Positions 38,857-48,858 of a stretch of DNA of 64,000 nucleotides are shown in pieces. The notes under the pieces are model-generated. The model made no database searches, had not been told where the DNA came from, and saw only the letters and a program-made list of their open reading frames with translations. This stretch comes from Candidatus Eiseniibacteriota bacterium (GTDB lineage Bacteria; Eisenbacteria; RBG-16-71-46; CAVPCR01), in contig CAWGMA010000002.1 of assembly GCA_963823555.1 (NCBI GenBank), forward strand, positions 192,001-256,000, read 5' to 3'. Made by a program: the position numbers and the translations under genes. Each line of letters begins with the position of its first letter. Position 1 is the stretch's first letter.

Positions 38857-40482
38857 TCAGGGTGCCGGCTCGCCGGCGCTCTCCTCGCGCTCGAGGATGA
38901 CGAGGGCGTAGCGCTTGCGTGCCGCGAGCTCGGGGGAGGCTGCCGCGCGCGCCCCTCTGAGCCCGGCGATGAGCGGCTCGATCTCGCTCCGCATGGTGAC
39001 GATCGCCACCGGGTCCGCGTCGACCGGCCAGGTCGCCTCGCCCGAGGCGTCGACCGGGAGGCGCGGCGCGTGGTCCCGGTAGTTGTAGAGCCCCACCCGA
39101 TCGAGGCGATGGCGGTAGACCGGCAATCCGCCCGCCCGCGCGGCCTCGATCGCCGGGAGCAGGAGCTCGGGCGACTTGATGCGGTTCACCCTGAGCTTGA
39201 GCGCGCCCTGGATCGCGACGATGGCCGAGGTGAGCCCGATCGCGAGGACGAGAGCGGCCAGCTCCCGCTTCCTTCGCAATGGTAGTAGTGCTGCGATCCC
39301 GCATGCCGCCGCGGCGAGCGCGAGCCAAGCGTTTGCTCCCTCGACCGGTATCCAGCGATTGATGCTCGGCACGGGAAGACCAATGGCGATGAGCGACAGA
39401 GCGGCCCACACGCCGAGCCCGATCGCCGCCCCCCGCCGGGCCACGGTCGATTCGCCGCGGAGGAGCCACTCGAGAACGAGTCCCGCGACCAGCGCGAGCG
39501 CCGGATAGACGGGCAGGAGGTACTTGGGTTCCTTGCCGGCAATGGCCGAGAACACGACCAGCGACCCGATGGCAAAGATGCCGGCGACCCGGAAGAACGG
39601 CGAAACGCGATGCGCATGGCGGCGGAAGTCGGCGCTCAGCCAGAAGCCGAGGAGCCAGGTCCAGGGCAGGAAGCCGAGCGGCAACCAGATCAGGTAGAAG
39701 AGGGGCGACCCGGCGTTGATGTCGGGGGCGGTGCGCACCCGTTCCATCGATTCCGTGTCGAGGATGGCGAGGATCTCGGCGAGGCCGACGCGCGCGATGA
39801 GAAGCGCCGTCCACGGCAACACGAGCGCCAGTCCGACGACCATGGTGACGGCCAGCACGGAAGCCTGTCGTTTGATCGCTCCGCGCTCGACGAGGGCGAT
39901 GGCGAGGGTCGAGGGGAGGATGAAGAGCGCGAGGACGGGTCCCTTGAGGAGGAGCGCGGCCCCGGCGAACGCGCCGGCGAGGATGGCTGCCCACATCCAG
40001 CTCGCGTCGCGGACCGCGCGCCACTGCCAGTACAGCATGCCGAACACGGCTGCCATGAGGAGCGGATCGATCTCGGCTTCCTGGGCGCGATCGCGAAAGA
40101 AATAGGCCGACAAGAGGATGATCGCCGACCACACCCCGGTCCTGAGATCGGCGCCGCGAGCGCCGATTGCAACCACCGCGCCGGCGAGGAGGAGGCACGC
40201 GAGAGCGATGGCGGTGCGCCCGGCCAGGGCCGATTCGCTGCCGGCGACGGCATAGGCCCCGGCGATGATCCAGTAGGTGAGCGGCGGCTTGGCGAGATAG
40301 GGTTCCTCATCCAGCGTGGGCAAGACGAAGTCGGCGCGCTCCCGCATCTCGATCGCGGGCAGGAGCCGCTGCACTTCGTTGATGTTGATGACGTCCTGGA
40401 CTCCAAGGTCATAGGCGAGAGAGATGAACGCGACCAGAACGAGTCCGGCCAGGAGCCAGCCGACACCGATGCGTTCACTCAC
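38857..40482 (-). CDS. ArnT/PMT-like (GT-C) membrane glycosyltransferase
   Basis: NE.QR...A.EM, KPPLTYW, LLKGP, LPW, GFLPW and K..KYLLP; many TM segments. Confidence 0.85.
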   Translation of the reverse strand: MSERIGVGWLLAGLVLVAFISLAYDLGVQDVININEVQRLLPAIEMRERADFVLPTLDEEPYLAKPPLTYWIIAGAYAVAGSESALAGRTAIALACLLLAGAVVAIGARGADLRTGVWSAIILLSAYFFRDRAQEAEIDPLLMAAVFGMLYWQWRAVRDASWMWAAILAGAFAGAALLLKGPVLALFILPSTLAIALVERGAIKRQASVLAVTMVVGLALVLPWTALLIARVGLAEILAILDTESMERVRTAPDINAGSPLFYLIWLPLGFLPWTWLLGFWLSADFRRHAHRVSPFFRVAGIFAIGSLVVFSAIAGKEPKYLLPVYPALALVAGLVLEWLLRGESTVARRGAAIGLGVWAALSLIAIGLPVPSINRWIPVEGANAWLALAAAACGIAALLPLRRKRELAALVLAIGLTSAIVAIQGALKLRVNRIKSPELLLPAIEAARAGGLPVYRHRLDRVGLYNYRDHAPRLPVDASGEATWPVDADPVAIVTMRSEIEPLIAGLRGARAAASPELAARKRYALVILEREESAGEPAP

Positions 40483-41782
40483 GGTGAGTTCTCCAGGTGC
40501 GGGGGATGAGGGCGAGTCCGAGTCCGGTCAGGAGAACGCAAGCGAACACGATCGTGTCAGCGGCCCGCGCCTGGGAGAGAAAGGCCAGGGCGACGACGAG
40601 TGCGATCGCCGGCAGGAGCAGGGATCGGCGGAGGCGCCGCCCGCCCTCGCGATAGCGCAGGACGAGAAGGGCAGCCGCCGTGGATGCGTATTGCATGACG
40701 ACCGCGAACACCGAGATGGCGAGGAGCCGCTCGAACACGGAGGCCCAGGCGAAAGCGGCCGAGGCGCCGGCCGTGAGGAGGATCGCAGCCACGGGTGTTC
40801 CGAACCGGGCGTGACGGGCCGCGAGGCGCCCGGGCAGGAAGCCGTCCTCGGCGAGCACGGTGAGATAGTGCGCCGCCGAGAGCGCGGTGCCGGCGTTGTA
40901 ACCGATGATCGAGATGAGTGCGGCGGCGGCAACGAAGGTCGCGCCGGGGGCTCCGAAGACGGCGCGCGCGAGGTCGGACAGCGGTCGCTCCGAGCCGGCG
41001 AGGCGCGCCGGTCCCGCCGACACGCAGAGCTGGAGAACGATGTAGACCACAACCGAGAAGAGGAGGGCGCCGACGACCGCGAACGGCACCGCGCGCCGCG
41101 CGCCCTTGACCTCGCCGGCGATGATGGGCGCCACCTCGAAGCCCTGGCAGGTGAACAGCGCCATCCACAGGGCCGCGGGAAACCCCGCCCAGGAACCGCC
41201 GGGCGGTGAGAACACCTCGAGCCGCGCCGGTTCGAGGCGCGGCACGACGACGAGGGCGAGGAGGATGAGAGGTGCAGCCTTGGCGATCGTGAGTCCGGTC
41301 GAGACCCGGGCTCCCAGGCGTACTCCGCGCACATTGACCGCTGCCAGGATCGCGATCACGACGACGGCGACCACGTGCGCGGCACCCGGGCTCCCGGCGG
41401 CCGGAATGAACACGGCGAGATAGGCGGCGATCGCCGAGGCCACTGCCGCCCATGAGATGATCGCCGTTGCCCAGGCTACCCAGCCCACGGCGAAGCCCAG
41501 GCGCGGCCCGAAGGCGGCGGCCGCGTAGAGATAGGGACCGCCGTCGCGGTCGAAGCGACGGCCGAGATCGGCGAAGGCGAGCGCGATGAAGGAGAGCCCC
41601 ACCGCGCAAGCAGCGAAGCTCCAGACCGCCGCCGGACCGAGGAGGGCATCGATGTGTCCGGGCAGGAGGTAGATGCCGGAGCCGATGATCGCGTTCACGC
41701 CCAGGCAGAGGACATCGAAGGCCGTGACCGGGCGCCGGCGGGACGCCTGGACAGCCGGCGATGGTGGGGGTGAGATCGGCAT
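40475..41782 (-). CDS. APC-family amino acid permease
   Basis: GVNAIIGSGIY, GGPYLY...AFG...GFAVGW, F.CQGFE and TP..AI; about 12 TM segments. Confidence 0.9.
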   Translation of the reverse strand: MPISPPPSPAVQASRRRPVTAFDVLCLGVNAIIGSGIYLLPGHIDALLGPAAVWSFAACAVGLSFIALAFADLGRRFDRDGGPYLYAAAAFGPRLGFAVGWVAWATAIISWAAVASAIAAYLAVFIPAAGSPGAAHVVAVVVIAILAAVNVRGVRLGARVSTGLTIAKAAPLILLALVVVPRLEPARLEVFSPPGGSWAGFPAALWMALFTCQGFEVAPIIAGEVKGARRAVPFAVVGALLFSVVVYIVLQLCVSAGPARLAGSERPLSDLARAVFGAPGATFVAAAALISIIGYNAGTALSAAHYLTVLAEDGFLPGRLAARHARFGTPVAAILLTAGASAAFAWASVFERLLAISVFAVVMQYASTAAALLVLRYREGGRRLRRSLLLPAIALVVALAFLSQARAADTIVFACVLLTGLGLALIPRTWRTHRE

Positions 41783-41854
41783 CGGCTGGAGATCGCGGTC
41801 AGCGGACCCCCGGCGCGACTGATGGGCAGGCGCGCCGGGGGAGCCGGCTCTTGG

Positions 41855-42520
41855 CTAGATCTTCTTCTTCGAGAAGTACCAGTCGGTCACCTTGATGTCG
41901 GTCATCTTGACCCGCTCGTCGGCGGCCTGCGTGGTCGTGGGCGGTGGCACGATGACCTCCTGTCCCGGAGTCCAGTTGGCCGGGCAGGCGACACCCTTGG
42001 CATCCACCGTCTGCAGCGCATCGATGACGCGCATGATCTCGTCGAAGTTGCGCCCGACATTCAGCGGGTAGTAGATCATGGCCCGCAGCACGCGCTTGGG
42101 ATCGATGAAGAAGACGCACCGCACCGCGGCGGTGGCTGCGCTCGCAGCATGCACCATGCCGTAGAGCTGCGCGACCTTCATGTCGAGATCGGCGATGATC
42201 GGGAACTTGATCTTGACCCCGAACTTGTCCTCGATGTTGCGGACCCAGGCGATATGGCTGTAGACCGAGTCGATCGAGTTGCCGATCAGGGCCACGCCCT
42301 TCTTCTCGAACTCTTCGAAGCGCTTCCCGAACTCGATGAACTCGGTGGTGCAGACCGGAGTGAAGTCGGCGGGATGGGAGAACAGGATCACCCACTTGCC
42401 TTGCTGCCAGCCCGAGAGCTTGATCGGGCCGTGGGTGGTGTTGGCTTCGAAGTCGGGCGCCGGCCCGTTGAGCTCGAGGCGCGGGCGTTCGGTCGCTGGA
42501 GGATTCATCGTGGTCGTCAA
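41855..42520 (-). CDS. Peroxiredoxin (Prx6/AhpC-TSA type)
   Basis: FSHPADFTPVCTTE, YYPLNVGRN and ACPANW. AAGGAG lies upstream of the TTG start; ATG 42508 is an alternative. Confidence 0.93.
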   Translation of the reverse strand: MTTTMNPPATERPRLELNGPAPDFEANTTHGPIKLSGWQQGKWVILFSHPADFTPVCTTEFIEFGKRFEEFEKKGVALIGNSIDSVYSHIAWVRNIEDKFGVKIKFPIIADLDMKVAQLYGMVHAASAATAAVRCVFFIDPKRVLRAMIYYPLNVGRNFDEIMRVIDALQTVDAKGVACPANWTPGQEVIVPPPTTTQAADERVKMTDIKVTDWYFSKKKI

Positions 42521-42580
42521 GTCAGGTCTCCTTGATTGGGGGATCCGTCATTTATAGAGGGTTCGGCCACTCCGTGATCG

Positions 42581-43162
42581 TCAGCCATGGGTCGGGGATG
42601 GGGTCTCGGCTGGGGCGCCCCGGAGCTCGTCGATGGTGAAGAGCGCGGCGAAGCGCACCTCCCGCCCGGCCACGTTCTCGCTCCCGCCCTGCCTGCGATC
42701 GACGATGGCCAGGGCGGCGAGAACCGTGCCGCCCTCGGTGCGGAAGGCATCGATGGCGCGGATCGTGGATTCCCCGGTCGTCACCACGTCGTCGAGGACG
42801 AGCACCCGGTCTCCGGGCTCGAAGTTGCCCTCGATGAGCCGCATCCGCCCGTGATCCTTGGCCGACTTGCGGACCGAGGCCTCACGCACGGGTCGCCCGC
42901 GCCGCCTGAGCTCCGTCCCGAGAGCGTGGGCGATGGCATCGGCCCCGAGGGTGAGCCCCCCGACGCAGTCCGGCGTGAGTTGCTCCCGCTCGAGCCAGTC
43001 GGCGATCGCGGCGCCCAGGAGCTCCCGGCCACGCGCATCGTAGGTGGTCTTCTTCATGTCGACGTAGAAGGTGGAGCGTTTGCCGGAGGCGAGGACGAAG
43101 TCGCCTTCCATGTACGAACGCTCGCGAAGCATGCGGAGCAGCTGAGTTCGGGAGTCGGTCAT
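42581..43162 (-). CDS. pyrE: Orotate phosphoribosyltransferase
   Basis: GDFVLASGKRSTFYVD, GGLTLGAD, RK..KDHG and the PRPP loop VLDDVVTTGES. Confidence 0.93.
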   Translation of the reverse strand: MTDSRTQLLRMLRERSYMEGDFVLASGKRSTFYVDMKKTTYDARGRELLGAAIADWLEREQLTPDCVGGLTLGADAIAHALGTELRRRGRPVREASVRKSAKDHGRMRLIEGNFEPGDRVLVLDDVVTTGESTIRAIDAFRTEGGTVLAALAIVDRRQGGSENVAGREVRFAALFTIDELRGAPAETPSPTHG

Positions 43163-43443
43163 CGGATCGCCTTCCTCGAATCGCGGGCCATCACCGGGTC
43201 CGGGCGTGCCGTTCGATCCGGGCCCAGGTTCTCGGGCCGGGGCCCTCCTCCGCGCATACTACTACCCCCCGGCCGGGCCTCGCTCCGGGGAACCGGTGGA
43301 TAGGGCCGGGGTTCTCGTCTACACTCGGGGGCGGCCCCCGCCACGCTGGCCCCCCCACCATGGCGAACGAGCCCGCGGTCCGAGCGATCCTCCCGGCCCT
43401 CTCCGCTGGACCCGCTCGCCGCCGCAATCCTGGCCGATCAACT

Positions 43444-44193
43444 ATGCGTATCTTACATTTCAAGGCCCACTTCGGTCCTTTCCCCGGTCTCTTCTCCGGG
43501 ATCGTGGTGGGGTTCCTCGCCCTCATGGTCACTCCTGAAGCCCTGGGGCAGGCCTACCGGCGTCCGCTGGCCGCGCCGCAAAAGGATGACGTCGCCGCCG
43601 GCTTCCGGGTGGCTCGCCTCCAGTACGGGGGGGGTGGCGACTGGTACTCGAACCCATCCTCGTTGCCCAATCTCGCCCGCGCCGTCGCCGAGCGCACGGC
43701 GATTCAGGTGCCGACCACCGAGGAGAGGCGGATCTCCCTTCTTGATGAGCGGCTCTTCGACTATCCGTATCTCTATATGAACGGGCATGGCACCGTGCGC
43801 TTCTCGCCGGAGGAAGCGGAGCGCCTGCGCACGTACCTGCTCTCCGGCGGATTTCTCTTTGCGGACGACAACTACGGCATGGACCGGAGCTTCCGCCAGG
43901 AGATCGCCAAGGCGTTCCCGGACAAGAGGCTGGTCGAAGTGCCGTTCGATCATCCGATCTATCACTGCTTCTATGATCTGCCTCAGGGTCCGCCCAAGGT
44001 GCATGAGCATGACGGGAAGCGGCCGCAGGGATTCGGCCTCTTCCATGAGGGGCGGCTCATTCTCTTCTACACGTACCAAAGCGACATCGGTGACGGGATC
44101 GAGGATCCGCATGTCCACAACGACCCGCCCGAGGTGCGGGAGCAAGCGATGTGGATGGCGGTCAATACAGTCGTCTACGCGTTCACCTCATGA
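43444..44193 (+). CDS. DUF4159-domain protein (exported)
   Basis: L.YGGGGDWY.NP..LPNL, P.LYM.GHG, L..GGFL..DDNYG, PKVHEHDG and DIGDG.ED. The start is uncertain. Confidence 0.85.
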   Translation: MRILHFKAHFGPFPGLFSGIVVGFLALMVTPEALGQAYRRPLAAPQKDDVAAGFRVARLQYGGGGDWYSNPSSLPNLARAVAERTAIQVPTTEERRISLLDERLFDYPYLYMNGHGTVRFSPEEAERLRTYLLSGGFLFADDNYGMDRSFRQEIAKAFPDKRLVEVPFDHPIYHCFYDLPQGPPKVHEHDGKRPQGFGLFHEGRLILFYTYQSDIGDGIEDPHVHNDPPEVREQAMWMAVNTVVYAFTS

Positions 44194-47100
44194 GCCTCGA
44201 GGAGATCGGACAGCGCGAGCCCAAGATGAAGCCAGAGAGCGCATCGCGATCGTCATTCAGCACGCTGGAAAGGGCATTGACCGCGGCCCGACGGCGTGTC
44301 TTCCGGCGCGTCCTCCGCCACAGTGCGGTGCGCACGCTGGCTCTCGTCGTCGCCGCTCTGGCCCTGGCCGTCATCGCCGTGATGATCTGGCCCGCGAGCG
44401 TGGTCGGGCCATTGGCCGTGCTCGGTATGGTCGCGGTCGCGGTGTTCGCGCTCGTCACGCGGTTCGCGATTCCGCTCCTCCGGGTGCCCGATGTCGCGCA
44501 GTATGCCCGCCGGCTCGACGAGTCGTATGCGAGCGCGGGCGAGAAGAACGAGTTCTTGAGCGCCCTCGAGCTGGGACGCGCGCCGGCGCGGACCGGCACC
44601 TCGCCGGAGCTCATCGAGGCGCTGGTGGCCGAGCGGATCGCGGCGATCGAACGCCTCGACCTCGATGCTCCCGGCCGCACGCCGCTCCGCCGGCGCTGGC
44701 TCGCGCTCGTCGGAGCGGGGGTGGCGGTCCTGGGTCTCTCGCTCCTCGTGTCGCCGGGACGGTTCTCCCGCGCCATGGCCGAGATCGCGCATCCGCGCTG
44801 GCCGGGAGCCGCCACGACCGCGATCGAAGTGCTCACCGGTAATCTGCGTGTCGATCAGGGAGCCGATGTCACGATCGAGGCCCGCGTGCGCGGCGGCCAT
44901 GCCCGGCCGATGCTCCACGCGCGGCGTGGGGCGGGCGTGTGGCGGGACTACGGGGGTGAGGAGAGCGAGGAATCGCTCTATCGGTTCACGATCCCCGCGG
45001 TCGAGGCCGAGACGCGATACCGCGTCGCTGCCGGCGGCGCCACCTCGCCCGAATATCTGATCCGAGTTCGAGAGCCGCTGCGCGCGGTCCGCTTTCTCCT
45101 CGAGTACCGCTATCCGGATTACACGGGACTCACACCCGAGACCCTCCAGGCAACCGACGGTGCGGTCAGCGGGCTTCCCGGCACCGAGGTCCATGTGACC
45201 TTCGAGACCAACGTCCCGGTGCGCAGCGGAGTCGCCGCAGTGGCCGGCGGCACGATGGCCAGCGTCGACATGATCGAGGCGACGCGCGGTCGCGTCGTGA
45301 TCCCGATCCGCGGCGAGACCACCTACACCCTCGATCTCGAGCGCGGGCGCGACGAGGGCGAGTCGGATCCGGCGAGCGAAAGCCTCGGTCCCTATGCCAT
45401 CACGCCGACTCCCGATCGCGAGCCGCTGGTGGCCTTGCTCGAGCCGGGTGAGGATTCCGATGTCCCCGCCGACCTGCGCGTGCCGCTGGTGATCCATGCT
45501 GCCGATGACTACGGGCTCTCGACCCTGACGCTGCACTACTCCTACGAGGGGGGTGGGCCGGCGAAGACCCTGCTCCGCCGCTTCACCGGATATCCACGCG
45601 AGGCCACGGAAAGTCACGTCTGGGATCTCTCTGGCCTCAACCTGGTTCCGGGAGACGTGGTTCGCTACTACGTCCAGGTCTTCGACAACGACACGATCTC
45701 GGGGCCGAAGAGTGCGCGTAGCCGTGTCTTCTCGCTTCGCATCCCGACGCTCGCCGAGCTCTATGCCGAGGTCGGCGAGGAGCACGAGCAAGCCGAGACC
45801 AGCCTCAAGGACGTGCGCGAGGAGGGAGTCGATCTGAAGCAGGAGCTCGAGCGTATCGCGCGCGAATTGACCAAGTTCCCCGTTGCCGACTGGGAGGACA
45901 AGCAAGAGATCGCCCAGGCATTCGAGCGCCAGGCCGAGATCCGCCAGGAGCTCGAGCAGCTCGCCCAGGATCTGGGCGAGGCGCTGTCGCGGCTCGAGAA
46001 CCAGAACCTGGTCGATGACGAGGTCCTGGCCAAGGTCTCCGAGATCCAGCGCCTCATGGACCAGGTCGCCGATCAGGAGCTCCGGGAGGCTTTCCAGCGT
46101 CTCCAGGAGCAGATGGCGCAGATGGATCCCAACGAGGTGCAGCGGGCGCTCAAGGATCTCACGCTCACGCACGAGGAGCTCATGCGCAACCTCGAGCGCA
46201 CCATCGAGATGCTCAAGCAGGTGCAGCTCGAAGAGAAGCTCGAGCACGCCGCCCAGAAGGCAGAGGAGATGGCCGAGAAGCAGGACCAGATCAACCAGGA
46301 TCTGGGCGACCTCGCGGCGGAGAAGCGGGACCCGCCCGGAGAACCCGAGGAGGGTCGCCAGCCTGACGCGGGCCGTCAGGATGACGAGAAGCAGGCCGGC
46401 TCCAAGGATGAGGGCGACCGCCAGGCGAGCGAAGGCGAGCCGGACGCTTCCGATCAGGAACAAGCCGACAGTGCCGGCGGCGAGGACGAGCTATCGCGAC
46501 TTCGTGACGAGCTCAACGATATCGCGCAGGACGAGCAGGAGAACCTGGAAGACGCCGCCGAGCTCGAGAAGCTGCTCGAGGAGCTGGCCCAGGAGCTCGA
46601 GCAGATGGACCAGCAGATGGCGCAAGAGATGGCCGAGATGTCCAAGGATGCCGGTCAGCAGAGCAGCATGCAGAAGAACATGCAGTCGGCCATGCAGCAG
46701 ATGGGCGGCGGCAAGCCGAAGGATGCCAAGAAGTCCGGCCAGCAGGCCAGCCGCGATCTGCGCTCCCTGCTCGAGCGCATGCGCATGCAGCAACAGATGA
46801 TGATGAACCAGCAGATGGCCGAGACCGCGGAGAAGCTCCGGGAGGCGGCGCGCGAGCTGCTCAAGGTCTCCACCAGCGAGGAAGACCTCATCGTCGAGAG
46901 GGATCCCGATCATCGCCAGGTGGCGAGCGACCAGCAGCGGCTCCTCGAGGCCACTCGACGGATCAATGACCTGATCGAGGAGATCGCTCGCACGTCGATC
47001 ATGGTGGGCACGGAATTCGCGGGCCTTCTCGGCCAGCCCATCAGGTCGATGGAGAACGCAGTGGCCAGCTACTCGCGCGGCAGCGTCACCAGCGGGCGGA

Positions 47101-47783
47101 CCCATGCCACCCAGGCGTTGGCGCAGGTCAACGATGCCATCCTGGAGCTGCTCTCGACCGAGGAGTCGATGTGCCAGGGCGGTGGCGGCAGCTGCAATTC
47201 GATGAAGAACTCGATGCAGCAGATGATGGGCCTCTCACAGCAGCAGCAGCAAGTGAACGAAGGCACCCGTCAGCTCATGCAGCAGGGCGGGTCACGCCTC
47301 TCCGAGGGCAGTCAGGCGCGCATGGCCCGGCTCGCCGCGCAGCAGGCGGCCATCCAGAAGGGGCTGGAGGAGGTCGCGCAGTCGCTCGATAGCCGCCGTG
47401 ACGTGCTCGGCCGGCTCGGCGATCTCTCGGAGGAGATGGAAGATGTGGCCCAGGATCTCGAGCGCGGCGAGATCGACGATCGTCTTCTCTCCAAGCAGAA
47501 TCAGATCATGAGCCGTCTCCTGGATGCGCAGCGTTCGGTGCGCAAGCGTGACCTGGGCCGGGAGCGCCTGTCGAAGACCGGCGAGGAGATGCCGCGGCCC
47601 GATGTGCTACCCGCGGTGCCGGAGGATCTCCTGTCCCGCCGTGAACGACTCGAGGCCGACATCCTCAGAGGACGCTCCGATCCCTACCCGCCCGGGTTCC
47701 GGGATCTGGTCGAGCGCTACTACCGGGCGCTCATCGAGGCCAAGGCCGAGACGGATGCCGGACCGGGCGAACAGCTGAACTAG
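44190..47783 (+). CDS. DUF4175-like membrane-anchored Ig plus long coiled-coil protein
   Basis: Three N-terminal TM segments; YPDYTG and A.DDYGL, DND.ISGPK motifs; Q/E/M-rich coiled coil ending V..YY..L. ATGA overlap with the DUF4159 gene. Confidence 0.8.
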   Translation: MSLEEIGQREPKMKPESASRSSFSTLERALTAARRRVFRRVLRHSAVRTLALVVAALALAVIAVMIWPASVVGPLAVLGMVAVAVFALVTRFAIPLLRVPDVAQYARRLDESYASAGEKNEFLSALELGRAPARTGTSPELIEALVAERIAAIERLDLDAPGRTPLRRRWLALVGAGVAVLGLSLLVSPGRFSRAMAEIAHPRWPGAATTAIEVLTGNLRVDQGADVTIEARVRGGHARPMLHARRGAGVWRDYGGEESEESLYRFTIPAVEAETRYRVAAGGATSPEYLIRVREPLRAVRFLLEYRYPDYTGLTPETLQATDGAVSGLPGTEVHVTFETNVPVRSGVAAVAGGTMASVDMIEATRGRVVIPIRGETTYTLDLERGRDEGESDPASESLGPYAITPTPDREPLVALLEPGEDSDVPADLRVPLVIHAADDYGLSTLTLHYSYEGGGPAKTLLRRFTGYPREATESHVWDLSGLNLVPGDVVRYYVQVFDNDTISGPKSARSRVFSLRIPTLAELYAEVGEEHEQAETSLKDVREEGVDLKQELERIARELTKFPVADWEDKQEIAQAFERQAEIRQELEQLAQDLGEALSRLENQNLVDDEVLAKVSEIQRLMDQVADQELREAFQRLQEQMAQMDPNEVQRALKDLTLTHEELMRNLERTIEMLKQVQLEEKLEHAAQKAEEMAEKQDQINQDLGDLAAEKRDPPGEPEEGRQPDAGRQDDEKQAGSKDEGDRQASEGEPDASDQEQADSAGGEDELSRLRDELNDIAQDEQENLEDAAELEKLLEELAQELEQMDQQMAQEMAEMSKDAGQQSSMQKNMQSAMQQMGGGKPKDAKKSGQQASRDLRSLLERMRMQQQMMMNQQMAETAEKLREAARELLKVSTSEEDLIVERDPDHRQVASDQQRLLEATRRINDLIEEIARTSIMVGTEFAGLLGQPIRSMENAVASYSRGSVTSGRTHATQALAQVNDAILELLSTEESMCQGGGGSCNSMKNSMQQMMGLSQQQQQVNEGTRQLMQQGGSRLSEGSQARMARLAAQQAAIQKGLEEVAQSLDSRRDVLGRLGDLSEEMEDVAQDLERGEIDDRLLSKQNQIMSRLLDAQRSVRKRDLGRERLSKTGEEMPRPDVLPAVPEDLLSRRERLEADILRGRSDPYPPGFRDLVERYYRALIEAKAETDAGPGEQLN

Positions 47784-47793
47784 AGGCCGCACA

Positions 47794-48858
47794 ATGAGCA
47801 CTATGGTCCAGAGGGCACGACGCCGGGAGCGACGCGCGGGAGCGGGGAGGATCTTCCCCCTGGCGCTCGCGCTCGTGTTGCTCGGCGCGCCGGCTGCGGC
47901 CGACGACCAGCAGAACGAGCGGCCGCCCGAGCCGACACCGGACGAGATCGACGCGCTGTCGCGCTCCCTGCGCGCCATTCTCGGCGATTCGCTCTTCGCC
48001 GACTCGCTCGGGGCGAGTGGGCTCGGGGTCGAGGGCCAACCGGTTCCGATCGAGCCAGGTCCGGTCGCGCCGGGCCCGAAGGTGCGAGAGGCCCCGCGGG
48101 TCGTGCCGCGAACCGGGGTCGACCCATCCCGGCTGCAAGCCTTGCCGCGTCCTGAAGTACGTGGCCCGAAGACCCCCGTCGCCGTCGCCGAGGTGCGTGC
48201 CGATACGCTCTTCGACGCCTTCCGCGCTCAGCTGGCGGCCGGACGTGATGAGGAGGCGCGCGAGACGCTGCGCGCGATCAGCAAGACCCATCGTCGCGAT
48301 CCCTTGATCCGCGAGGTCGCCGACTACGATCTCATCGAGATGGACTTCTTCGCCGCGCGGTTCGACACCTCGGCGGCGGGCTACCGCCAGTTCGCCGCCA
48401 TGAACCGGCGCGGCTACCTCACCAACGACGCGATTGCGAGGATCCTGCTCATCGACGAGAACTCGGATGCCGGTGGCAAGCCGCTCGCGCTCTATGCCCA
48501 GGCGGTCCGTCAGGAACGCCTGGGCCGGCCAGACTCGGCGCTCGCCTATCTCCGGCTGGCGCTCGACCGCTACCCCGGCGTGGCGCTCGAGGACGATGTC
48601 TGCCTCGCCATGGGTGATGCCAGTCTCGCCCTCGGTCTGCCCGCGGAGGCCAGGCGCCATTACTCGGTCGTCGCCGATTCGATGCCGGCCTCACCGCTCG
48701 CCGCCACGGCCCTGATGCGGATCGCCCAGCTCGCCGAAGGCGAGGGCGATTTGACGGCGGCGGCGGCCATCTACGAGCAGGTTCTCGAACGCTTTCCCGA
48801 ATCCGTCGAGGCCGACGAGGCGCGAGGTGCTCTCGATCGGCTGCGGAGCCGGACATGA
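47794..48858 (+). CDS. Secreted TPR protein
   Basis: Signal-like hydrophobic segment and C-terminal TPR helices ending YP/FP.S. Confidence 0.7.
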   Translation: MSTMVQRARRRERRAGAGRIFPLALALVLLGAPAAADDQQNERPPEPTPDEIDALSRSLRAILGDSLFADSLGASGLGVEGQPVPIEPGPVAPGPKVREAPRVVPRTGVDPSRLQALPRPEVRGPKTPVAVAEVRADTLFDAFRAQLAAGRDEEARETLRAISKTHRRDPLIREVADYDLIEMDFFAARFDTSAAGYRQFAAMNRRGYLTNDAIARILLIDENSDAGGKPLALYAQAVRQERLGRPDSALAYLRLALDRYPGVALEDDVCLAMGDASLALGLPAEARRHYSVVADSMPASPLAATALMRIAQLAEGEGDLTAAAAIYEQVLERFPESVEADEARGALDRLRSRT